NCBI GenBank assembly: GCA_041859815.1
Contig: JBFLFX010000001.1
Location: 245-64,244, forward strand
DNA: 64,000 nucleotides
Direction of reading: 5' to 3'
Source: Dysosmobacter sp.
GTDB lineage: Bacteria; Bacillota; Clostridia; Oscillospirales; Oscillospiraceae
The stretch's first letter is position 1. Each line of letters begins with the position of its first letter. The position numbers and the translations under genes are program-made. The notes below the pieces were generated by a model, which was not told the DNA's origin, searched no databases, and was given only the letters and a program-made list of their open reading frames with translations. Of the stretch, positions 19,664-27,716 are shown piece by piece.

Positions 19664-20710
19664 ATGAAAACTGCCATCATCGGAACCGGCGGAATCGCGC
19701 GGGTACATGCCGCCGCGCTTCAGGAGCTCGGACACACGATTTCCCTTGTCACGGGACACAGCGCCGCCGAAGCGGAGCTGTTCGCCGGGGAAGTGGGCTG
19801 CGGCCGCTTTTCCGACCATCTGACCCAAGAGATGCTGGCAGATGTGGACTGCGTCCACATCTGCGTCCCCCCCGAAAATCACGCGGAATTTATAAAAACC
19901 TGTCTCAGCGCCGGCAGGCACATTCTGTGCGAAAAGCCACTGTCCCTCTCCGCGGACGAAGCCGCGGAGCTGGCCGCTCTGGCAAAGGCCCGGGGTATTG
20001 TTGCGGCGGTAAACTTCAACAACCGCTTCTATCCCGCCTGCGACCGGGTGCGGAGCGCCGCCGCGGACATGGATCGCATTGTGTTGGTGCAGGGGCACTA
20101 CCGGCAGGAATTTCACATTCTGCCCGCGCAGTATTCCTGGCGCTACCGGGAGGCTCTTCGCGCCACCACGGAAATCGGCTCTCACTTTATCGATTTGATG
20201 CGCTATCTCACCGGGCTGGAAGCGGAGGCCGTCAGCGCCTCATTTCTGAACGCAACGCCGGATCGCCGGGTGCGGGACGGCATAATGTACGCCGACGGCG
20301 AGGGCGAGCCCGTCACCGTCTCCAGCGAGGATGCCGCCGCAGTCATGTTCCGCCTTACCGGCGGGGCGCTGGCAAGTGCGGTATTCTCCGAAATTTCTCC
20401 CGGGCGCAGCAATGATCTGACCATTGAAATTTCTTCTCCGGGCAAATCCGTATCCTGGTGTTCCGAGCGGCCTTACGAAACCGTTACCGGCGAACCGGGC
20501 GGCGGCTTGGTTCACCGGTGCGACGCTTTCGGCGGCGGATTTTCCGATACCTTTCGGGACGGCTTTCAGGCATTTTACCAAACTGTGGAATCAGGCATTC
20601 CGGATCCCCGCCTGGCCACATTTCAGGACGGCGCCGTCAACGCCGCCGTCTGTGCGGCCATTTTAGAAAGCGCTCATTCCAACGGCGAATTCGTGGAGGT
20701 GCGGAGATGA
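19664..20710 (+). CDS. Gfo/Idh/MocA family oxidoreductase
   Basis: N-terminal Rossmann segment MKTAIIGTGGIARVHAAAL and EKP motif (ILCEKPLS). Confidence 0.85.
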   Translation: MKTAIIGTGGIARVHAAALQELGHTISLVTGHSAAEAELFAGEVGCGRFSDHLTQEMLADVDCVHICVPPENHAEFIKTCLSAGRHILCEKPLSLSADEAAELAALAKARGIVAAVNFNNRFYPACDRVRSAAADMDRIVLVQGHYRQEFHILPAQYSWRYREALRATTEIGSHFIDLMRYLTGLEAEAVSASFLNATPDRRVRDGIMYADGEGEPVTVSSEDAAAVMFRLTGGALASAVFSEISPGRSNDLTIEISSPGKSVSWCSERPYETVTGEPGGGLVHRCDAFGGGFSDTFRDGFQAFYQTVESGIPDPRLATFQDGAVNAAVCAAILESAHSNGEFVEVRR

Positions 20711-21189
20711 GGGATTCACGCGCGCAGGAATTGATCGCATTTTATCAAATGAAGATGCTGCCAGGCGAGGGCACCTACGTCCGGGAATTCTACCGCTCCG
20801 GACAGACCGCGGCCGGCGGGCTTTCCGCCATTTACGGCCTTTACTGCGCAGATCCGCCCAGCTTTTCCAATTTCCACCGGCTGACCCGAGACGAGGTATG
20901 GAGCTGGTACGAGGGCGATCCCATTGAACTTTTTCTGCTTTTCCCGGACGGCAGCACCCGCACCGTAACTCTTGGCCGCAGCGTGAAAACCGGTCAGGTT
21001 TACCAATTCACCATCCCCGCCGGAACCTGGCAGGGCGGCCGTCTTAAAGACGGCGGCAGCTACGCGCTGTATGGCTGTACCGTGGCGCCGGCGTTTACCC
21101 CCGACTGTTTTGAGCTGGGACGGCGCGCGGATCTGACGGTGCGGTATCCCGGCGCCGTAAAAATCATTGCGGAATTGACGGCAGACTGA
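20707..21189 (+). CDS. cupin domain protein (DUF985-like)
   Basis: Trimmed to the ATG at 20707, which overlaps the upstream stop (ATGA). Pattern: LPGEGTYVREFYRS...FHRLTRDEVWSWYEGDP...GCTVAPAFTPDCFELG. Confidence 0.7.
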   Translation: MRDSRAQELIAFYQMKMLPGEGTYVREFYRSGQTAAGGLSAIYGLYCADPPSFSNFHRLTRDEVWSWYEGDPIELFLLFPDGSTRTVTLGRSVKTGQVYQFTIPAGTWQGGRLKDGGSYALYGCTVAPAFTPDCFELGRRADLTVRYPGAVKIIAELTAD

Positions 21190-21249
21190 AAGCAGCGGCA
21201 AAAGGAACCGCGAAGCATTGGCGCGGGACGGTCAGAAAACAAACTTTCG

Positions 21250-21285
21250 GCGGGATCGGCGTGGCATAAGTCACGCCGATCCCGC
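21250..21285. terminator. convergent-gene terminator hairpin
   Basis: Perfect 14-bp stem gcgggatcggcgtg / cacgccgatcccgc with an 8-nt loop, between the cupin gene (+) and a GNAT gene (-). Confidence 0.6.
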
Positions 21286-21386
21286 TGTATTTACGGCATT
21301 CCGCCGCTGCGCAGGGAAATACGGATTTTACCCGCAGGGGATAAAATGGATTCTAACAGGGAGGCGCCTGTCCCCTTTGGCATCTC

Positions 21387-21812
21387 TCAAGATGACGCGG
21401 CGTTCTCCGCATAGGCAAACGCGCCGATTGTCCGCAGGCCGTATTTCTCCGCCGCGGCGGGCAGGAATTTCCGCACCGCCTCCGTGGCGACGCCGCAGCC
21501 CCAGAGGGAGTCGTCAAACACGCAGCAGCTCAGCATGGCGTCCGGGGTGTTCTCCTCGTGAATGCCGGTAATCCACACGTCCCCCACATAGCGCCCGCCG
21601 GCGTAAACCGTTTTCCCGTAACTGGACGCGCCGGGGCGCAGCGTCCGACGGAAATTTTCCACCGCCGCATCCTCCGTCTCGGGGCCGCCGGGCAGCATTC
21701 TCCGGATTTTCCCGTCCCGCGTCCGCCGGAAATACTCCCGGACATGCGCCTCCGTCCGCTCCCGCAGCTCTACCGTTCCGGGGGCTTCGCCGCCCGTTTT
21801 CCCCCGCGGCAG
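21387..21812 (-). CDS. GNAT family N-acetyltransferase, start unresolved
   Basis: The maximal ORF 21387..21953 has a GNAT-like core (VFDDSLWGCGVATEAVRKFLPAAAEKYGLRTIGAFAYAENAAS). No sensible ATG is available. A CTG at 21812 after GGAG is one option, and the upstream part overlaps the divergent PadR promoter. Confidence 0.5.
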   Translation of the reverse strand: MPRGKTGGEAPGTVELRERTEAHVREYFRRTRDGKIRRMLPGGPETEDAAVENFRRTLRPGASSYGKTVYAGGRYVGDVWITGIHEENTPDAMLSCCVFDDSLWGCGVATEAVRKFLPAAAEKYGLRTIGAFAYAENAASS

Positions 21813-21904
21813 GATATTTCTCCGCTTCCCGCCGCCGACCAAACACAACGGCTGATTTTTTTGAAAAGCTTCTATTTTTCTATTGACAAGCTGCGTAATG
21901 CAGC

Positions 21905-21925
21905 ATACTGTATAAAATATAGTAT
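21905..21925. promoter_or_regulatory. imperfect 21-bp palindrome between promoter and SD of the PadR gene (candidate operator)
   Basis: The palindrome is atactgtat-aaa-atatagtat. A second inverted repeat, gctgc-gtaat-gcagc, lies at ~21890-21904 next to a TTGACA. Confidence 0.25.
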
Positions 21926-21951
21926 TTGTTTTGTATAGAAAGGAGGTTTCC

Positions 21952-22266
21952 ATAGATACCCAGCGAAAGAAGGGCGTGCTGGAGATCTGTGTTCTGACGG
22001 CACTGTAAAGGGATTCAGCCTGCGGCTACCGGATTGTGGGGGATGTCTCCCCCTGCATCGAGATCTCCGAATCCACGCCGTACCCCATCCTGCGGCGGCT
22101 GGAGGGCAGCGGCTGCGTCTCCACTTTTACCCGGGAACACAACGGACGGCTGCGGAAGTATTCCCGCATTGAGGAACCGTGTCGGGAGAAAATCCGGAGA
22201 TTTTTAGGCGAAGCGGAAGAAATGAAACGAATTGATCAATACGTTGAGGAGGCGGCAGAAGTGTGA
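21952..22266 (+). pseudogene. PadR family transcriptional regulator with ATA at the start position and an in-frame TAA
   Basis: AGGAGG (21941-21946) is followed by 5 nt and then ATA. The frame reads IDTQRKKGVLEICVLTAL*RDSACGYRIVGDV..SESTPYPILRRLEGSGCV...RLRKYSRIEE. The TAA at 22006-22008 interrupts an otherwise typical PadR N-terminus. Confidence 0.6.
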
Positions 22267-22325
22267 ACCAAAACTGATCGGAATTCCTTTTGTGTTTCCA
22301 TAAGGAAATTATAAGGAGAATGATT

Positions 22326-24107
22326 ATGCGTATCAAAAAAATCACTCAAAAGCACCGGGGGATTCTCTGTCTCAGCGCAGTGATGTACTTAATTTGCGCC
22401 GGGATTGATACTGCCTTTGCAATAATTCTTGGAAATATTGTAGACAGTTCTGTGGATCTGCAGATGCATAAGCTGCTGGTAAGCACGGCAATCTCCATGG
22501 GGCTGGTGGCAGGAAGCCTACTTTTTGAGTGGCTGGCAATTGTAGCGCAGCGCGGCTATGTCATGCGCTGTGTGACGGAACTCAAAGCGTCTCTGATGCA
22601 GAGCTTTTTTCGCAGGGAGCTGCCCGCCTTTCACAAAGAGTCGAATTCGTATTACCTGAATATCCTCTCGAATGATGTGGATCTGGTGGAGAGCGACTAT
22701 CTGCTGAAAAAGCCGCTGCTGCCCTATCTGGCCGGACAGTTCCTTTTTTCCGTCGTGGCATTGTTCTATCTCAGCTGGAAGGCTACCCTGCTCTTTTTTC
22801 TCCTGTTCCTGCTGCCGATTTTTGTGCCGCAGCTTCTGGATCGGATTCTGGCAAAGCGGAAAGCGGCCCTCTCCGTCGCCAATGAGGATTTTACCTTTGA
22901 ACTGAAAGAGCAGATTCAGGGTATGTCGGACATTGTGACCTGTCTCTCTATTCCCGCCTTTTTCAAAAAATTTACCCATGCCAATGAAACGCAGCAGAAG
23001 GCGAAAAAGGCAGCCGGAGAGACAGAATCTTTTGTCCAGATCGCTGCGGGTGCCTGCGGATTTGTTGCGCAGCTTGGCTGCATGGCCATCGGCGGAATTT
23101 TTGTGATTCGCGGAGAGCTGCGTATTGGCGAGCTAATCGCCGCCGTCCAACTTTTGAATTCCGTATTTTCACCCATTACCCGCTTCTCCAGCACCCTTGC
23201 GTGTATGTCCGGGTCCAAGCACGTGCGGGAAAAGGTTGATGCGGAACTGCAGGCGGAGCTTCCGCCGGCCGCGTCAGCAGAACCGGCGCTCTCGGGTGAA
23301 ATCCGGTTTCAGAAGCTCTCCGTCGCTTACACGCCTGAAAAGCCCGTTCTTCAAAATTTTGATCACACCTTTTCAGAGGGGAAAATTTATGCGGTAATCG
23401 GCAGCAGCGGCAGCGGGAAGACAACGCTGATCAGCTGCCTGTTAAAAATATACGAAGATTACACAGGCAATATTTTCATCGGAGACAGGGATATTCGGGA
23501 TCTTCCCGCAGCGGATGTCTACCAATATATCGGACTTGTTCCGCAAAATCCGTATCTCTTTAATGATACGCTCTCGCAAAATATCACATTGGGCGGAGAT
23601 TACTCGGAGGAGGAACAGTCTGCCGTCATTGACCGCGTCTGTCTGCAGAAATTTGCCTCCGCCTCGCGGGAAAAGCTGGGCGACAGCGGAGCAAACGTCT
23701 CCGGCGGGGAAAAGCAGCGAATTGCCTTGGCCCGCGCTCTGATCCGGCACCCCAAGGTGTTGGTTTTCGACGAGCCGACGGCAGCGCTGGATCCCACCAC
23801 AAGGGACTCCATCAACGAATTGATTTTTTCTCTGGACGGCTATATGCGCATCGTCATCACCCACGATCTGCGCGAGGAATATCTCTCTCACTTTGACGAG
23901 GTCGTTTCGTTGGGATGCAATCCAAATGATCATTTATACGGAGCGCATAATCGGCTGACTGCGTTGCCTTCCGAAAGCGGATCACAGGAAATTCTTCATT
24001 CAGACCAAGAGGCAGCGTGTTCTGGGCGTTGTCAGAGTGAGGGCTTTGAAAAAGCCGATGAATCGTCATCTGCTACGCGCCTGCCTTCAGACGCAGTGCC
24101 GGGTTGA
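22326..24107 (+). CDS. ABC exporter, fused permease/ATPase half-transporter (type 1 exporter), with an aberrant C-terminal tail
   Basis: The ATG at 22326 lies 7 nt after AAGGAG. A six-TM domain is followed by GSSGSGKTT, VSGGEKQRIALARAL, LVFDEPTAALD and ITHD. The last ~70 aa (GCNPNDHLYGAHNRL...) do not resemble an ABC domain end. Confidence 0.85.
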   Translation: MRIKKITQKHRGILCLSAVMYLICAGIDTAFAIILGNIVDSSVDLQMHKLLVSTAISMGLVAGSLLFEWLAIVAQRGYVMRCVTELKASLMQSFFRRELPAFHKESNSYYLNILSNDVDLVESDYLLKKPLLPYLAGQFLFSVVALFYLSWKATLLFFLLFLLPIFVPQLLDRILAKRKAALSVANEDFTFELKEQIQGMSDIVTCLSIPAFFKKFTHANETQQKAKKAAGETESFVQIAAGACGFVAQLGCMAIGGIFVIRGELRIGELIAAVQLLNSVFSPITRFSSTLACMSGSKHVREKVDAELQAELPPAASAEPALSGEIRFQKLSVAYTPEKPVLQNFDHTFSEGKIYAVIGSSGSGKTTLISCLLKIYEDYTGNIFIGDRDIRDLPAADVYQYIGLVPQNPYLFNDTLSQNITLGGDYSEEEQSAVIDRVCLQKFASASREKLGDSGANVSGGEKQRIALARALIRHPKVLVFDEPTAALDPTTRDSINELIFSLDGYMRIVITHDLREEYLSHFDEVVSLGCNPNDHLYGAHNRLTALPSESGSQEILHSDQEAACSGRCQSEGFEKADESSSATRLPSDAVPG

Positions 24108-24240
24108 TAAAATGGAAAATGCCACGGACGAGGAGGACGGCCGGTCGGCGGTTAATCGCGCGATTGTATTGTAATCATCCGCGTATTGGACGTAACAGCC
24201 CCTCTTTAAAAAGCAGGCGCCCCGGCATCTTTTTTAACGG

Positions 24241-24509
24241 CGCAGACGCGCTGCCGCCGCCGGTACTCCAAAGCCGCTGCGCACCACGGCGCTCTGCGCT
24301 GCGGCAGCTTTGCTGCGCTCCGTTCAAAATCCAACACCCGTCAAAGGGCACGCAGAGCTGAAGCCGGCTCTGCGTGCCCTTTCATCAAACAAAATGCGGG
24401 AACAGCCTGCGCAAAGGTTTTTTCTGCGGAGAGAGGGGAAGAGAAGAACGTGAAAAGCATCAGCTCTGCCGAATCCCCGACCGATGCGGCATTGACCTGC
24501 AGCGCACGG
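24241..24509 (+). repeat. copy A of a diverged ~270-bp repeat (partner at 42281..42557)
   Basis: By-eye alignment shows shared blocks: cgcagacgc, caaagccgctgcgc, ggcgctctgcgc, gcggcag, gttcaaaat, a hairpin, atcaaa.aaaatgcggga.cagcctgcgcaaaggtt, aagaacgtgaaaa and gatgcggcattgacct.cag. Confidence 0.7.
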
Positions 24510-25067
24510 GGGTGGGCAACGCACCTCCATCAGGCATTCGCGTTTTCCTTTTCAATGTTCCAATTTTAAGTTTTTTGCTCAGGCTCCGTTCGTAAAACCA
24601 AAAGGCTCGTCTATTCAGGCTGAAATCGCGCCTGACTGCGTTAAAAATGCTCGGAACACGGGGAGGATGTCTGCGCCTTTTTCCCCAGGCACCATTTTAT
24701 CCCGGAAATCCGTCATTTTTTCATTTACAGACAAGCCCGGGTATTTCCCCTGCCCCAACGGTGCCGACAGCCGGCACCGCGCCAAGTGCTGTAAATTTTG
24801 CACGGGTTTCCCGATGGTGTTCGGGCCATAGAAGTCTCAGCTGAATAATGAGCGCAAAACGTCAACGCCAGACTGTGAAGGAAGATTCCGAGAAGATACA
24901 GAAAATTACCGCCGTGGAAGGGCGGGCGAAGATTGCGCAGGGACTTCACGATTGCATCGGACGCGGACCCGCCGTAAAACAAGGATTGCCGTCGTTATAT
25001 GGGGTTGCCCTATGCAAAAAGCATATGTTTTATAGTGATAATCATTTGTTTTATGTCGAGTTTGACA

Positions 25068-25097
25068 ATTGACCTTTTTATTCGGACTCTATACAAT
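25068..25097 (+). promoter_or_regulatory. candidate promoter, TTGACC-18-TACAAT
   Basis: TTGACC at 25068-25073 and TACAAT at 25092-25097, ~45 nt upstream of the small ORF. Confidence 0.4.
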
Positions 25098-25140
25098 AAA
25101 AACAATTAAAAAAAGGCGTGCAGAAAGGGGCAGGATTGGT

Positions 25141-25410
25141 ATGACTCGTATGTTTTCCACAAATTCTATGATGACGGGTTACACGTCTGCCAATTTCGCA
25201 GAGGCTTGCTCCGCCTGCGCGCACAATGCTCATAAAGCTACGATTACTCTGCTTCTGGACGCCATGATTATGGCGTCCATTATTATTGCTCTGATCAGCC
25301 TGAATTCCGTAATTCTGGTACTGAACGCCGTACTGCTGGCCGTCTTGCTGCTGGCCGTGCTGCTGATTATGAGGGAATTGAATATGCGCAGAGGGCAGCC
25401 ATCTTATTAG
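25141..25410 (+). CDS. small hydrophobic protein (89 aa), unknown function
   Basis: Internal ATG of ORF 25069..25410. The C-terminal half has two TM-like stretches (ITLLLDAMIMASIIIALISLNSVILVLNAVLLAVLLLAVLLI). It is bracketed by a promoter-like site and a perfect terminator. Confidence 0.4.
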   Translation: MTRMFSTNSMMTGYTSANFAEACSACAHNAHKATITLLLDAMIMASIIIALISLNSVILVLNAVLLAVLLLAVLLIMRELNMRRGQPSY

Positions 25411-25433
25411 CCTTATCATTGGGAAATTTGAAA

Positions 25434-25464
25434 GCGGCTGCGCATCTGCGCAGCCGCTTTTTTT
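25434..25464 (+). terminator. intrinsic terminator
   Basis: gcggctgcgca-tc-tgcgcagccgc forms a perfect 11-bp stem, followed by TTTTTTT. Confidence 0.8.
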
Positions 25465-25508
25465 ATATAAATTCCGATCAAATTTCAATAAGAAGGAGAA
25501 TAAAAGTT

Positions 25509-26696
25509 ATGAAAAAGAAAATGTTCAGTCTCTTGATGGCAGTTGCATTGGTGGTTGGCGTGCTTGCCGGCTGCGGCAGCAACAGCAACGGGAGTGCATC
25601 CACAGCGTCATCCGACGGTTCCTCCACTGGAAAAAACGCCGTCAAAATCGGAGGCATCGGGCCCATATCCGGAAGCAACGCCGTTTATGGACTTGCCACC
25701 CGCAACGGCGCCCAGATTGCCGTTAATGAAATTAACAAGAAGGGCGGCCTTCAATTTCAGCTGAACTTTCAGGATGATGAGGGGGATCCTGAAAAGGGCG
25801 TCAACGCATACCACAAGCTTAAGGACTGGGGAGCACAGATTCTTTATGGCTGCACGACTTCCGACTCCTGTGCCGCCGTTGCCTCCGAAACCTATGCGGA
25901 CCGCTGTTTTCAACTGACGCCGTCTGCTTCTTCCGCAACGGTAACAGAGGGCAAGAACAATGTTTTCCAGCTCTGCTTTACCGATCCCGGACAGGGCGCT
26001 GCTGCCGCCCGGTACATTGGGAAAAACCGGCTGGGGAAAAAGGTCGCCGTGATTTACAACAACTCCGATCCCTATTCCACTGGAATTTACAACGCTTTTG
26101 CGTCTGAAGCGGGCAAACAGTCCTTCAAAATCGTCAGCACCACCACATTTCCCGGTGACAGCACAACCGATTTTTCCGTGCAGCTGAATGATGCAAAGAA
26201 AGCCGGCGCGGATCTGATCTTTATGCCGATCTACTATACTCCCGCGTCCCTGATTCTCGCGCAGGCAAAGAGCATGGGGTATCAGCCCTCTTTCTTTGGC
26301 TGTGACGGTATGGACGGCATTCTCTCCATGGAGGGCTTTGACGCCTCTCTCGCCGAGGGGCTGATGCTTATGACACCGTTCAGCGCCTCCGCTTCCGACA
26401 GCGCCACCAAAAATTTTGTCAGCGCCTACAGGAAATCTTACAAAGAGACGCCCAACCAGTTTGCGGCCGATGGTTATGACTGTATCTACGCGCTTTACAA
26501 CGCCTGCAAAAAGGCAGATGTCACTGCAAATACGAGCACCCCTGACGTCTGTAAAAAACTGATTAAGACGTTTACTTCCGCCGATTTTGCCTTTAGCGGT
26601 TTGACCGGTTCCAATATGACTTGGTCCGCCAAGGGCAATGTTTCCAAAAATCCTGTTGCTGTCCGGATTGAAAACGGCAAATATGTTACCATGTAA
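25509..26696 (+). CDS. branched-chain amino acid type ABC substrate-binding lipoprotein (LivJ/K-like)
   Basis: Trimmed to MKKKMFSLLMAVALVVGVLAGCGS (lipobox) after AAGGAGA. The body is of the Peripla_BP_6 type. Confidence 0.9.
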   Translation: MKKKMFSLLMAVALVVGVLAGCGSNSNGSASTASSDGSSTGKNAVKIGGIGPISGSNAVYGLATRNGAQIAVNEINKKGGLQFQLNFQDDEGDPEKGVNAYHKLKDWGAQILYGCTTSDSCAAVASETYADRCFQLTPSASSATVTEGKNNVFQLCFTDPGQGAAAARYIGKNRLGKKVAVIYNNSDPYSTGIYNAFASEAGKQSFKIVSTTTFPGDSTTDFSVQLNDAKKAGADLIFMPIYYTPASLILAQAKSMGYQPSFFGCDGMDGILSMEGFDASLAEGLMLMTPFSASASDSATKNFVSAYRKSYKETPNQFAADGYDCIYALYNACKKADVTANTSTPDVCKKLIKTFTSADFAFSGLTGSNMTWSAKGNVSKNPVAVRIENGKYVTM

Positions 26697-26824
26697 GTCT
26701 TTTGTTTAGATCGAGAAACAAAGCGGATGCTTTCTTTTTCCGGGAAAGCGCGGAAAATCGAAGCAATTTTCGGCAGCCCAAACTTTATTAACAGCAATTT
26801 TCTTGAAAAAGCAGGTGTCTTTCA

Positions 26825-27706
26825 ATGATGATTCTATCAAACCTCATCAGCGGGATCAGCCTTGGCAGCATTTATGCCATGATTGCTTTGGGATATACCA
26901 TGGTATACGGGATTGCAAAAATGCTGAATTTTGCTCACGGCGATGTGATTATGGTGGGCGGCTATATGGTTTTCTGCTCCACCGCCTACCTGGGCTGGGG
27001 GCCGGTTCCCGCAATCCTGCTGGCCGTTGTGGTCTGCACGATTCTGGGGATTGCCGTGGAGCGGCTGGCCTACAAGCCGCTCCGGGACGCCCCTTCCCTG
27101 GCGGTGCTGATCACCGCCATCGGGGTCAGTTACTTTCTGGAAAACGCGGCCCTTCTGATTTGGGGATCCGATCCAAAGGTGTTCCATTCCGTTGTCTCCC
27201 TTCCCACAATGCTTCTGTTCCATGGCAAACTGTCCATTACCGGCACCGCAGTGGTTACGATTATCTCCTGTCTGGTCATTATGACTGCGCTGATGCTGTT
27301 TACCGGAAGAACAAAAATGGGAAAGGCCATGCGTGCCGTGTCTGAGGACAAGGGAGCGGCACAGCTCATGGGAATTGATATTAACACAACGATCTCCCTG
27401 ACGTTCGCCATTGGCTCCGGCCTTGCCGCCGTTGCCGGTGTGCTACTGTGCTCCGCCTATCCGACGCTGATGCCCACAACGGGCGCCATGCCGGGCATCA
27501 AAGCCTTTACGGCCGCCGTGTTCGGAGGGATCGGATCGATCCCCGGCGCCATGATAGGCGGAATCCTGCTGGGGATCATTGAGATTTTCAGTAAGGCCTA
27601 TATTTCCACGCAACTGTCCGATGCCATCGTATTCGGGGTGCTGATCGTGGTTCTTCTGGTAAAGCCCACGGGACTTCTGGGCAAACCCATCTATGAGAAA
27701 GTGTGA
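26825..27706 (+). CDS. livH: branched-chain amino acid ABC transporter permease (LivH-like)
   Basis: 293 aa. The N-terminus ISGISLGSIYAMIALGYTMVYGIAKMLNFAHGD is typical. Confidence 0.9.
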   Translation: MMILSNLISGISLGSIYAMIALGYTMVYGIAKMLNFAHGDVIMVGGYMVFCSTAYLGWGPVPAILLAVVVCTILGIAVERLAYKPLRDAPSLAVLITAIGVSYFLENAALLIWGSDPKVFHSVVSLPTMLLFHGKLSITGTAVVTIISCLVIMTALMLFTGRTKMGKAMRAVSEDKGAAQLMGIDINTTISLTFAIGSGLAAVAGVLLCSAYPTLMPTTGAMPGIKAFTAAVFGGIGSIPGAMIGGILLGIIEIFSKAYISTQLSDAIVFGVLIVVLLVKPTGLLGKPIYEKV

Positions 27707-27716
27707 AGTGAGGAGG

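Noticed and set aside
21300-21400. A frameshift at the 3' end of the GNAT gene. After ...AYAENAAS, the +1 frame reads RHLERCQRGQ, vaguely like the usual S.R.LEK.GF.
   Set aside because: The similarity is too short and weak to call. The gene may simply be short.
22006-22008. Stop-codon reassignment or read-through of TAA in the PadR gene.
   Set aside because: TAA is used as a normal terminator by many neighbouring genes in the window, so a pseudogene (or sequence error) is the simpler reading.
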